This document shows, in pieces, positions 1 to 8,966 of a DNA stretch of 64,000 nucleotides (its first letter is position 1; each line of letters starts with the position of its first letter). The DNA is taken from positions 844,496 through 908,495 of the forward strand of contig OZ253554.1 in NCBI GenBank assembly GCA_965262675.1, written 5' to 3'. This DNA is from Terriglobia bacterium (GTDB taxonomy: Bacteria > Acidobacteriota > Terriglobia > 20CM-2-55-15). The notes below the pieces were generated by a model. The model was not told the DNA's origin, did no database searches, and saw nothing but the letters and a program-made list of their open reading frames with translations. Made by a program: the position numbers and the translations under genes.

Positions 1-399
1 TTTACCGACGGGTTCCAGGAATACGAGACCGCCACTCGGGGATGGGACATCGACTACGCGCAGGTGATCCGCCCAAAATCGGGAGACGCCTCGTGGGGCA
101 AGCAGTTGGAGATCGTGCGCGTAAGGGGCAACCCGGACTACAACCGGATCGGCACGTCCTACGTGGAGCGCAACAACCTCACCATCCGGCAACAGGTCCG
201 GAGATTCACCAGAAAGACGCTGGCCTTCTCGAAGAAGCTCCATAACCTGCGGGCCGCGGTCGCGCTCTACTTCGCGTGGTACAACTTCGTCCGGCCGCAC
301 GGGGCGTTGCACGGCGCCACCCCGGCGATGGCTCTGGGGATCGAACCGACGTTCTGGACGCTGGAACGGCTGTTGCCGCGAGAGGCTGATGTGAGATAA
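1..399 (+). mobile_element. IS1-family (InsB-like) DDE transposase, C-terminal fragment entering from the 5' window edge
   Basis: Reading frame is open from nt 1 through the listed 64..399 ORF. The motif TSYVERNNLTIRQQVRRFTRKTLAFSKK...YNFVRPH...TPAMALG matches the conserved InsB-type C-terminus (ER.NL..RQ...R..RKTL.FSK). Confidence 0.55.
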
Positions 400-414
400 T
401 CGACCGAGAACAGC

Positions 415-446
415 GAAGCCCCGGTTGGCGCCGGGGCTTCTTAACC
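415..446 (+). terminator. GC-rich hairpin (gaagccccgg ttgg cgccggggcttc) followed by tt, just after the transposase stop
   Basis: Perfect stem seen directly in the sequence; T-tract is short. Confidence 0.4.
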
Positions 447-519
447 GATTTCTGTCAGGAGAGATTTCACCCCCACCTTAGCGGGAGTCTCCGACAGAAG
501 TCAACAGGAGATTTCTGTC

Positions 520-825
520 ATGACGTTCAAGCAACGTGTTTCCGACATTCGATCACACATCAAGAACCAAATTGAGTCTCTGGACAGGCTGGAATCCCAA
601 GCACCCGACCCGAGCGTTCGAAAAGCGCTGAATCTTCCACGAATGCACTACGAGGAATTGAAACGAACGATCCTCTCCCGAATCGAAAAGCACCCGATGC
701 GGGAGAGGGATCGTTGGCTATGGCTTCTTGGAGTCGAACTTCAACTACGGATGGCGGACGAACAGGCCCGTGGACTTCAATCGGCATTGATGGCTATCGG
801 TCCGAACGCAAAATTCATTTGGTGA
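520..825 (+). CDS. hypothetical protein (101 aa, helical/charged), lower-GC segment next to the IS fragment
   Basis: ORF with a plausible start, located in a local AT-richer segment; no family recognised. Confidence 0.35.
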   Translation: MTFKQRVSDIRSHIKNQIESLDRLESQAPDPSVRKALNLPRMHYEELKRTILSRIEKHPMRERDRWLWLLGVELQLRMADEQARGLQSALMAIGPNAKFIW

Positions 826-841
826 AGGAAAAACACCAACG

Positions 842-1045
842 ATGTCAGACTTCTTTGTGATTTACGATCAGAAGACTATCGCGGTTGTGCACACCCAAGA
901 TTGCGGCCGCTATCATGCGGGACTTGACGGGAACAACTGCCGTCGCTGGATTCGGTATTTAAATCGTCGGGATGTTGGAAAAGCGATCATTGACTCCGAC
1001 GGCGACAAGATTTTTCGACGCTGCAAGTTGTGTAGCCCTCGTTGA
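842..1045 (+). CDS. hypothetical small Cys-containing protein (67 aa)
   Basis: ORF lies 17 nt downstream of the previous one; no family recognised. Confidence 0.3.
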   Translation: MSDFFVIYDQKTIAVVHTQDCGRYHAGLDGNNCRRWIRYLNRRDVGKAIIDSDGDKIFRRCKLCSPR

Positions 1046-1237
1046 CCCCCCCCACCCCCCCCAAGATACCACCCCGCGGGGGGCCCGGGGCAAACTGACC
1101 CACTACCGAAAACTGAGGATCACCGCGGCAAACGCTGAATTGAAGGTAATGTTGCATATTCAATACTTCTCATTTATTTTTTTTGAAGTATTTTTGAAAT
1201 AATCCGATCAAGGGATGCCAAAAAGAAAGGTAACGCG

Positions 1238-1684
1238 ATGGAACGCGAAGACAAGCGACCGCAACGTTCACCTGGCACGAACAAGGATCAGGTTTTCGAA
1301 CTGATCCAGGAACACCCTGACGGCCTGGATGACGATGATATATCCGAGTTGTCCGGCGTCCGCCCGCGCCAGCAGGTGCAGCAACTCTGCAATCAATTGG
1401 CGGCGGTCGATCGTATTCGCCGGGAGTCGGTATCCAAGACCGGAAAGCGGCGCAAGATCCACAACTTTCCGTTGACGCAATCCGGTGAAAAACCCGATCC
1501 GTTTCAGAACATCAATACGAGTTGGCGCAGGCGGCTGGCGAATCTGGTCGCCGCGACCGGAAGGGATGAAGAAGAACTGCTCGACGAGGCACTTCAGGCG
1601 ATGGCGGTCAAGTTTCTGGCCGACTCGACCGTCGAACTCCCTGAAACGGGAGAACGTGGACCGCAGTCCAACGACGCGGGTTGA
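1238..1684 (+). CDS. hypothetical acidic protein (148 aa)
   Basis: An AT-rich promoter-like stretch lies at 1140-1235; the ORF has host-like codon usage; no family recognised. Confidence 0.45.
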   Translation: MEREDKRPQRSPGTNKDQVFELIQEHPDGLDDDDISELSGVRPRQQVQQLCNQLAAVDRIRRESVSKTGKRRKIHNFPLTQSGEKPDPFQNINTSWRRRLANLVAATGRDEEELLDEALQAMAVKFLADSTVELPETGERGPQSNDAG

Positions 1685-1708
1685 CAAGTGCCAGGAGGGA
1701 TCCCGTAG

Positions 1709-2494
1709 ATGAATCCGAGCGCCCACGCCGAAGACGCACCTTCGATGATCGAGGCCGAAGGACTCACCAAGTACTTTGGTCCGTTCGTTGCAATCGAGAA
1801 CGTTTCGTTCGCGATTCCCCGCGGTCAGATCGTCGCATTCCTCGGCCCGAACGGCGCCGGTAAAACGACGGCGATGAAGTTGTTGACCGGGTATATGGCG
1901 CCCAGTGCCGGGACGGCCAGGATTGCCGGACACGATATGCACTCCGGTCGAATCGAAGCTTCGCGGAATCTGGGATACCTTCCCGAAAACGGTCCGCTCT
2001 ACACCGACATGACGCCTCTCGAGCTGCTGCGATTTTTCGGCGAAGCGCGGGGAATGGTGTCTGAAGACCTGGAGGAAAGGATCGATTTCGTAGCCAGACG
2101 CTATTCGATCGCCGAGGTTCTGGAGAAGCCGATCGGAAAGCTCTCAAAAGGATTTCGCCAGCGGGTCGGTCTGGCGCAGGCCCTGATTCACGACCCCGAT
2201 GTCCTGATATTGGACGAACCGACCGTTGGGCTCGATCCCAATCAACTACGAGTATTCCGCGACAACATCCTGGAACTGGGGCAAACCAAGACGATTCTGA
2301 TTTCCACGCATATCCTGCAGGAAGTGGATGCGGTCGCCAGCCGCGTGTTGTTCATCAATGAGGGACGGATGATCTTCGACGGCGCCCCCGAAGAACTCAA
2401 GAAAGACGGCTCGCTCGAAACGCCGTTCTATCGGATGACCGTCCCAGCCGGGGCCGCGGCGGAACCGGCGAGCGACTTCGATCGCGAGACCTGA
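1709..2494 (+). CDS. ABC transporter ATP-binding protein (ABC-2/GldA-like)
   Basis: Walker A GPNGAGKTT, ABC signature LSKGFRQRV, Walker B ILDEPTVGLD. Confidence 0.9.
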   Translation: MNPSAHAEDAPSMIEAEGLTKYFGPFVAIENVSFAIPRGQIVAFLGPNGAGKTTAMKLLTGYMAPSAGTARIAGHDMHSGRIEASRNLGYLPENGPLYTDMTPLELLRFFGEARGMVSEDLEERIDFVARRYSIAEVLEKPIGKLSKGFRQRVGLAQALIHDPDVLILDEPTVGLDPNQLRVFRDNILELGQTKTILISTHILQEVDAVASRVLFINEGRMIFDGAPEELKKDGSLETPFYRMTVPAGAAAEPASDFDRET

Positions 2495-2507
2495 GGAGAG
2501 ACAGTTC

Positions 2508-5279
2508 ATGTTCACGAAGCTCCACGGAGATTTCATCCGCGCCCTGGTCAGGCGGGACCTGTGGAAGTACTTCACCAATCCCACGGGCTACGTTTTCATC
2601 ACGCTTTTCATTTTTCTGAGCGCCGCCGGCGCGTTCTGGCAGGACCGTTTTTTTCAGGCCAACCTGGCGAACCTCGATCAGTTGAACGCGGTGTTCCCCT
2701 ACCTGCTGGTGTTCTTCATTCCGGCACTGACCATGGCCGTCTGGTCCGAAGAGAAAAAACAGGCAACCGATGAACTGTTGCTGACGTTGCCGGCAACGAG
2801 CCTGGATGTCGTCGCCGGTAAATATCTCGCCGTGCTGGCGGTCTACACGGTATCGCTGATTCTTTCCGCCAGCCATGTCGTGGTATTGCTCTGGCTCGGA
2901 TCTCCCGACCTCGGATTGATGATTGCCAACTACATCGGGTACTGGCTGATCGGCGCCGCGATGATCGGAATCGGAATGCTGGCGTCGTTGCTCACCGCCA
3001 ACGCGACGGTCGCGTTCGTCATCGGCGCCGCCTTCTCGGCGGTATTTGCCTTCGGCTCCCAGGCAATCGCATTCAGCGACACTTTGAGCCGATGGTTTGC
3101 CCCAATCGGCGTCAGCGGATATTTCGAAGACTTCGCGGGAGGCGTCGTCAGCCTGTCGGCGGTCCTGTATTTCGTTTCGCTGGCCGGTGTGTCGCTCTAT
3201 CTGAACGTGCTGGTGCTCGACAGCCGCCATTGGCCGCATCGTGTGGACGGTCTTCCAATGTGGGGACATCACGCACTCCGGGTGGCGGCATTGGCAGTCG
3301 CGGTTATTGCATTCAACGCGGTTGCCGGGAGAGGCGATACCCGCATCGACGTGACCGCGGAGAGGCTGCACTCCCTCAGTTCCGAAACCCGCGGCCTGAT
3401 TGCGGAAATACCCGAAGACCGCCCGGTCTTTGTCCAGGCGTACGTGAGTTCCGAGGTCCCGGAAAGGTACGTCCAGGCCCGGGAGAACCTGATCGGCCTG
3501 CTTCGCGAAATCGACGCGATGGCGGGCGGCCGGGTCCAGGTTCTGCTGGAGGAAACGGAACCCTTCACACCCGAAGCGCGGGACGCGCGGGAGAAATTCG
3601 GAATCGTGCCCCGTCAGATTCCGACTTTGACCAGCGCGCGAACCAGCGTCATGGACGTGTTTCTCGGAGTGGCCGTCACCTCGGGAGCCCGGGAACAGGT
3701 CATTCCCTTCCTCGACCGCGGCCTTTCGCCGGAATACGAACTGACCCGCAGCATTCGCATCGTCGCCCAGACCGAACGCAGAAAGGTAGGTATCGTGGAT
3801 ACCGACCTTCGCATTCTGGGCGGACTCGATTTCGCGACGATGCAGAATTCGGCGGAATGGTCGGTGGTGGCCGAACTTCGCAAGCAATACGACGTCGCCA
3901 CGGTGACTCCGGACGAGCCGATCGACGACGATCTGGACGCGCTTCTCGTCATCCTGCCGTCGTCGCTGACCCAGGAGGAGATGGACCACGTTCAGGCCAC
4001 CATCGAAACAGGCAAACCATCGCTCCTGCTTGTCGACCCCCTGCCAGTGGTCAATTTCGCGCTGGCGCCATCCGAGCAAGGCGCAAACCCCAACCCGCTG
4101 TTCGGAAACACCGGTCCGCCACCGGAAGAAAAAGGGGACATCCAAGCGTTCCTGGCCGATCTCGGCGTCGATTGGAACCCGGCCGAGATCGTGTGGGATT
4201 CGTACAACCCGCATCCGGATCTTGCCCATCTGGCGCCGGAAATCGTTTTTGTCGGCGCGGGGAACGAGAACGAGAACGCTTTTGACGGCCAACACGCGAC
4301 AAGCTCGGCGCTTCAGGAACTGGTGTTGCTCTACTCCGGACACCTCGAAAAGGCACCGAATTCGAATGCCGATTTCCAACCACTGGTGGGATCGGGCGTC
4401 CAGTCGGGATCGCTTCCCTACTTTCAACTGATCCAGCGCACGCTGTTCGGACCTCAGATCAACCCGAGCCCCCCGCACCAACCCGATATGCGCGACTACG
4501 TATTTGCCGCGCACGTTCTTGGCGCCGAAATTGCCGTCGAGAGCTTGACGGACACGGACGACGAAAACGAAGCCGAGAATACCGCCGACTCCGTGGACGA
4601 TTCCGATGACCGGGCGGCAGCCTCCGATAACCAAGATGCGACTGCGCCATCGGATTCAGGTGAAATCAACGTGATCGTCGTCGCCGACGTCGACTTCATC
4701 TCGGAGCAGTTCTTTCAGATTCGGGAGCAGGCGCCGGCGGACCTCAATTTCGACAACGTCACTTTTTTCCTGAACGCGATGGACCTGCTCACCGGCGATA
4801 CCGAGTTCATCTCGTTGCGAGGCAAACGAGGGCTTCACCGGACACTGGAACGGGTTGAAGCGCAGGTCAGCAGCTTTCTCGAAGCCCGGATCGCCGACGA
4901 GGAGCAGGCTGAACTGGACGCCGAGGCCGCACTGTCGGAAGCCCAGGAACGGCTTGACGAAAGGGTCGACGCGGTCCGGCAACGCACGGATCTGGACGCC
5001 CAGACCAAGCAGATCATGGCCCGAAACCTCCAGGAGGTCGAGAATCGGCGCTTCGAAGTGCTTCGAACCAATATCGAGACCGAAAAGGAAGCCAGGATCA
5101 ACGCCAGCGAAGAAAACATGGAGGCGCAGATTCTTCGAATCCAGAACAACATCAAGACCTTCGCCGTGCTGTTGCCGCCACTGCCGGTATTCGCCGTCGG
5201 AATCATGATCTTTCTGCGGCGGCGACAGAAGGAACGCGAAGGGGCGGCCGCGGCCCGAAGGTTCAGGTCGAAATCATGA
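2508..5279 (+). CDS. ABC-2 type permease fused to a GldG-like ABC-transporter auxiliary domain (923 aa)
   Basis: N-terminal polytopic ABC-2 (GldF-like) region followed by a large extracytoplasmic domain, an acidic linker and a C-terminal TM. It sits directly after the ATPase. Confidence 0.75.
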   Translation: MFTKLHGDFIRALVRRDLWKYFTNPTGYVFITLFIFLSAAGAFWQDRFFQANLANLDQLNAVFPYLLVFFIPALTMAVWSEEKKQATDELLLTLPATSLDVVAGKYLAVLAVYTVSLILSASHVVVLLWLGSPDLGLMIANYIGYWLIGAAMIGIGMLASLLTANATVAFVIGAAFSAVFAFGSQAIAFSDTLSRWFAPIGVSGYFEDFAGGVVSLSAVLYFVSLAGVSLYLNVLVLDSRHWPHRVDGLPMWGHHALRVAALAVAVIAFNAVAGRGDTRIDVTAERLHSLSSETRGLIAEIPEDRPVFVQAYVSSEVPERYVQARENLIGLLREIDAMAGGRVQVLLEETEPFTPEARDAREKFGIVPRQIPTLTSARTSVMDVFLGVAVTSGAREQVIPFLDRGLSPEYELTRSIRIVAQTERRKVGIVDTDLRILGGLDFATMQNSAEWSVVAELRKQYDVATVTPDEPIDDDLDALLVILPSSLTQEEMDHVQATIETGKPSLLLVDPLPVVNFALAPSEQGANPNPLFGNTGPPPEEKGDIQAFLADLGVDWNPAEIVWDSYNPHPDLAHLAPEIVFVGAGNENENAFDGQHATSSALQELVLLYSGHLEKAPNSNADFQPLVGSGVQSGSLPYFQLIQRTLFGPQINPSPPHQPDMRDYVFAAHVLGAEIAVESLTDTDDENEAENTADSVDDSDDRAAASDNQDATAPSDSGEINVIVVADVDFISEQFFQIREQAPADLNFDNVTFFLNAMDLLTGDTEFISLRGKRGLHRTLERVEAQVSSFLEARIADEEQAELDAEAALSEAQERLDERVDAVRQRTDLDAQTKQIMARNLQEVENRRFEVLRTNIETEKEARINASEENMEAQILRIQNNIKTFAVLLPPLPVFAVGIMIFLRRRQKEREGAAAARRFRSKS

Positions 5280-6646
5280 GCGAAACACAGAAAACCGCAA
5301 CGTTCGGAGGGGTTGCGCTGGTGTTGGTTGTCGTCGCGCTGCTCGGCACGCCCCAGCGCGCAACTCCCGAAGATTTCCTGGACCGTGGGGAAGCCATTTT
5401 CCCCGATTTTACGGACCCCAATGTGGCTACCACGCTCGAAGTCATCGACTTCGATGAGGCGACCGCCACTGCCCGTCCGTTCCAGGTGAGGTTCAGTAAC
5501 GGGCGCTGGACCATTCCGTCCCACCACAACTATCCCGCCGACGGCGAAGATCGTTTGGCTCGAACCGCGGCGGGCGTGATCGACATTCTCAAGGACGACT
5601 ACCGTTCCGACAACGTGGCCGACCACGAAGCGCTGGGTGTGATTGGACCTCTGGACGACGCGGCCACCAGCCTGACAGGGCGCGGGCAGCGGATCACGTT
5701 GCGGGACGCCGGAAACAACGTCCTGGCGGATCTGATCGTGGGAAACACGGTCGAAGGGCGCGAGAATCTTCGATTCGTGCGCCTACCGGATCAGAAGCGC
5801 GTGTACGTCTCGCGCATGGATCTGGACATCTCGACACAGTTCGCCGACTGGATCGTGCAGGATCTGCTGGAGTTGACCCGCGACGACATTCGCCAAGTGA
5901 CGCTCAAGGACTATTCCATCGACGAACAAACCGGAATCCTCGACAACCGCGACACCTTGATCCTGGACCGGGAACCGGAAGGGGCTTCCTGGACGGCCGA
6001 CCGAATGGCGGACGGCGAAGAGGTGGATATTGCCACGATGAACGACCTTCTCGGGGCCATCGATACGTTATCGATCGTCGGTGTCCGCCCCAAACCCGAA
6101 GGCCTGTCCGAAAGCCTGACGCAGTTGTCCGACGGCCTCAGCATTACCCAGGCCGACCTGCTTTCCCTTCAGAGTCGCGGCTACTACTTCGCCGGCGGCG
6201 GACAGTTGGTCTCGAACGAAGGCGAGCTTGAAGTCCGGACCGGAAACGGAGTGCTCTACAACCTGAGGTTCGGGGAAGTGGTGTACGGCGACGGCGAAGC
6301 CGTCAGCGCCGGCAGCGAGACAAGCGGCGATGCCGAAAGCGGTCCGGGCGAAAACCGCTATCTGTTCGTGACCACGTCTTTTGATCCGGGAACGATGCCT
6401 GAACCGGGCCTGCCCAGGAACACGGACTTTTTGGAAAAAGATGAAAGCGATTGGAGCGATGAGGACCGCTCAAACAAGGAACTGCAGGATGCCCATGACG
6501 AGTGGGCGTCCAACCTCGAAGCCGGTCAACAACGATCCGAGGAGTTGAATACGCGCTTCGCGGAGTGGTACTACGTGATCTCGTCAGACATTTTCGAACG
6601 AATCCGATTAACCCGTTCCGATCTTGTACGACCGGAAGAAGCTTGA
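5276..6646 (+). CDS. DUF4340-like protein, the usual third gene of GldA/F/G-type ABC operons
   Basis: ATGA start/stop overlap with the upstream gene; N-terminal TM helix; operon context. Confidence 0.6.
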   Translation: MSETQKTATFGGVALVLVVVALLGTPQRATPEDFLDRGEAIFPDFTDPNVATTLEVIDFDEATATARPFQVRFSNGRWTIPSHHNYPADGEDRLARTAAGVIDILKDDYRSDNVADHEALGVIGPLDDAATSLTGRGQRITLRDAGNNVLADLIVGNTVEGRENLRFVRLPDQKRVYVSRMDLDISTQFADWIVQDLLELTRDDIRQVTLKDYSIDEQTGILDNRDTLILDREPEGASWTADRMADGEEVDIATMNDLLGAIDTLSIVGVRPKPEGLSESLTQLSDGLSITQADLLSLQSRGYYFAGGGQLVSNEGELEVRTGNGVLYNLRFGEVVYGDGEAVSAGSETSGDAESGPGENRYLFVTTSFDPGTMPEPGLPRNTDFLEKDESDWSDEDRSNKELQDAHDEWASNLEAGQQRSEELNTRFAEWYYVISSDIFERIRLTRSDLVRPEEA

Positions 6647-6679
6647 GCAGCCCGTGGCGGGCCGCTCGGTCCGAAGGAC

Positions 6680-7330
6680 TTGATTCGTGCGGTCATAGAC
6701 CGCCCCTACACACTCCCCCTGTAGGTGCGGTCTACGACCGGACGATTCGGACGATCCGCGCGAACTTGATTCTCTTCGCGAGTGCACCTGTAGGTCCGGT
6801 CTACGACCGGACGATTCGAAGATTCTTGATTCGAGCGGTCACAGACCGCTCCTACACACTCCCCCTGTAGGTGCGGTCTACGACCGGACGATTCGGACGA
6901 TCCGCACGAAGTTGATTCTCTTCGCAAGTGCACATGTAGGTCCGGTCTACGACCGGACGATTCGAAGATTCTTGATTCGAGCGGTCACAGACCGCTCCTA
7001 CACACTCCCCCTGTAGGTGCGGTCTATGACCGCACGATTCCCGCACGAAGTTGATTCTCTTCGCGAGTGCACATGTAGGTCCGGTCTACGACCGGACGAT
7101 TCGAAGATTCTTGATTCGAGCGGTCACAGACCGCTCCTACACACTCCCCTTGTAGGTGCTGTCTACGACAGCACGATTCCCGCACGAAGTTGATTCTCTT
7201 CGCGAGTGCACATGTAGGTCCGGTCTACGACCGGACGATTCGAAGATTCTTGATTCGAGCGGTCACAGACCGCTCCTACACACTCCCCCTGTAGCGGTCT
7301 ATGACCGCACGATCTCGACCGCACGATCAC
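6680..7330. repeat. BIME-like tandem array (about 4.5 copies of a roughly 140-bp unit) built from palindromic REP-like elements (core TGCGGTCTAYGACCGCA)
   Basis: Units repeat at 6826, 6971, 7111 and 7251. Each unit has an approximately 80-bp sub-element containing an inverted REP pair and an approximately 60-bp sub-element containing a single REP. The listed ORFs 6502..6870, 6706..6933 and 6852..7046 are artefacts of this array. Confidence 0.85.
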
Positions 7331-7356
7331 CGCCCCGCGGCCGCGGGGCGGTTTGT
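7330..7356 (+). terminator. GC hairpin ccgccccgcgg ccgcggggcgg followed by tttgt at the end of the repeat array
   Basis: Perfect 11-bp stem seen in the sequence. Confidence 0.4.
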
Positions 7357-7364
7357 CCCGTCAA

Positions 7365-7390
7365 TCCGATTGTGCGATATTGCACAATCG
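7365..7390. promoter_or_regulatory. Perfect 11-bp inverted repeat ccgattgtgca(atat)tgcacaatcgg, a candidate operator upstream of the amidohydrolase gene
   Basis: Palindrome seen about 80 nt upstream of the 7472 start codon. Confidence 0.35.
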
Positions 7391-7471
7391 GATATTGAAG
7401 CCCGAAAAGGGAGCGCCTTGGCGGCCCCGGGCAGAACCCCGCGAAGTTCTGCCCGGGGCTGCCGGATCCAC

Positions 7472-8407
7472 ATGAGTATCGAACCCTACGTCAGGCAGGA
7501 CCCCAATCCCGCGCCGCTCGCCTTCACGATGCCCGAGGGCGCGATCGACGCCCACATGCACGTGATCGGCCCGTTCGACCGATTTCCTCTCTCGCCAACG
7601 ACAAAATACGAACCGTTCGCCGCGACCTGGCGGGAACAGAGAGAAATCCTCATCGAAAAGATGGGATTCTTCGGTTACGTGGTGGTGCAGGCCACCTGCC
7701 ACGGTACCGACAACCGCGTCGTCGTCGATGCGCTCGAGCACATGGAGGGCCGAGCGGCCGGCGTGGTCAGCGTCACCGAGGACGTCACGAGGGCAGAATT
7801 GAAGCGAATGCACGATGTGGGAGTGCGGGGCGTGCGCTTTGCTTTTCTGCCCCATATCGCCCGCACCAAGACACCGTCCGATGTCATCCGGAGGATCGCG
7901 GAGCGGATCGAGCCGTTCGGGTGGCACACGGACTTGTATTTTTTGCCCGAAACGTTTGAAACGATGGCGCCTATGATCCAGGAGTTGCCGACACCGGTGA
8001 TCATCGACCACATGGGACGACCCGACGTCACGATGCCGGTCGAGAACAACGAATACTTTCAACGGCTGTTGAAACTGGGCTCGAGCCGTGACGGGATATT
8101 CTGGAAGGTCACCTCTCCGGACCGCTATACACGATCCGCACGACCGGAAGACTGGCCGATCGTGCTGCCCTTTGCGCATGCGTTGATCGAGCACTTCCCC
8201 GGCAACGTCATCAGCGGAACGGACCGGCCCCGCCCCAACATGAATACCGTTATCGTGACGGGCCGGGGGGATCCACCCAACAAGATGCCGAACGACGGCG
8301 ACATCGCCAATCATTGGATCTGGCCGGCCGCGCGCGAGGATCCAGACATCCTGAAGCAGATTCTCACGGTCAACCCACGCAAGCTATACGATTTCAGGGA
8401 GTTCTGA
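7472..8407 (+). CDS. amidohydrolase-2 family metal-dependent hydrolase
   Basis: N-terminal IDAHMHVIGP metal-binding motif and TIM-barrel amidohydrolase-like length. The start was moved to the internal Met because the upstream part of ORF 7301..8407 lies in the repeat array. Confidence 0.7.
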   Translation: MSIEPYVRQDPNPAPLAFTMPEGAIDAHMHVIGPFDRFPLSPTTKYEPFAATWREQREILIEKMGFFGYVVVQATCHGTDNRVVVDALEHMEGRAAGVVSVTEDVTRAELKRMHDVGVRGVRFAFLPHIARTKTPSDVIRRIAERIEPFGWHTDLYFLPETFETMAPMIQELPTPVIIDHMGRPDVTMPVENNEYFQRLLKLGSSRDGIFWKVTSPDRYTRSARPEDWPIVLPFAHALIEHFPGNVISGTDRPRPNMNTVIVTGRGDPPNKMPNDGDIANHWIWPAAREDPDILKQILTVNPRKLYDFREF

Positions 8408-8886
8408 TGCCCCATCTGCGACTCGAGGTGCCCGAAGAGTGGCTCCACGATGATTTCGTCCGGAAAACGGGTTTCGACGCCCGAAAACTTCTGGACCGTC
8501 TGGTGGATGTCGTTTGCGGCCTCAAGATGGAGAGTGCCGCGGATACCGGCGCCGCCACTCCCGCGAAACAACCGGAAATGGTCCCTTTGATCAACAGGAA
8601 GAACCTGAAACACGCCTTGATTCCCGTCCATCATTCCGGAGTCGCGGGCGAGGGTTCAATGGGATTTCTTCACGCCGTCCTTTCGGCGGGCAACGACACG
8701 CCGGGAAGGACTGCCGCGGTGCGGCGAAACGCGGCCGAAGTCCTTGGAGACGAAATCGACCATTTTACCGATGGGTTGCCGGGCCTGGCGTCGGTGACGG
8801 TCCACGTCCAGGATATTGACCGGGACCGGGGTTACACCACCACGGCGTCGCGCAGGAAAAGGCGGGAACGAGAGGCGAACCAGTAG
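8407..8886 (+). CDS. small cytoplasmic protein, possibly a 5-carboxymethyl-2-hydroxymuconate isomerase-like tautomerase
   Basis: Starts MPHLRLEVPEE..., resembling the N-terminus of the CHMI family; start overlaps the upstream stop (TGATG). This is a weak assignment. Confidence 0.35.
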   Translation: MPHLRLEVPEEWLHDDFVRKTGFDARKLLDRLVDVVCGLKMESAADTGAATPAKQPEMVPLINRKNLKHALIPVHHSGVAGEGSMGFLHAVLSAGNDTPGRTAAVRRNAAEVLGDEIDHFTDGLPGLASVTVHVQDIDRDRGYTTTASRRKRREREANQ

Positions 8887-8966
8887 CCCCGAACACCCGT
8901 TCCGAGAATACTTTGCGCCTTTTGGCCGTACGGTTATCATGTCGATAGTCAGGAGGGAGGGCACGA

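Noticed and set aside
3092-4285. 397-aa plus-strand ORF rich in R, G and P
   Set aside because: Alternative frame of the same permease gene; no domain signal.
2397-4634. 745-aa minus-strand ORF antisense to the GldG-like permease
   Set aside because: R/G-rich low-complexity translation typical of antisense frames in high-GC DNA; the sense strand encodes a recognisable ABC-2/GldG protein.
6680-7330. Possible CRISPR array
   Set aside because: Both sub-elements of each unit are conserved, so there are no unique spacers, and the same palindrome occurs as dispersed single copies. It is a REP/BIME-type array.
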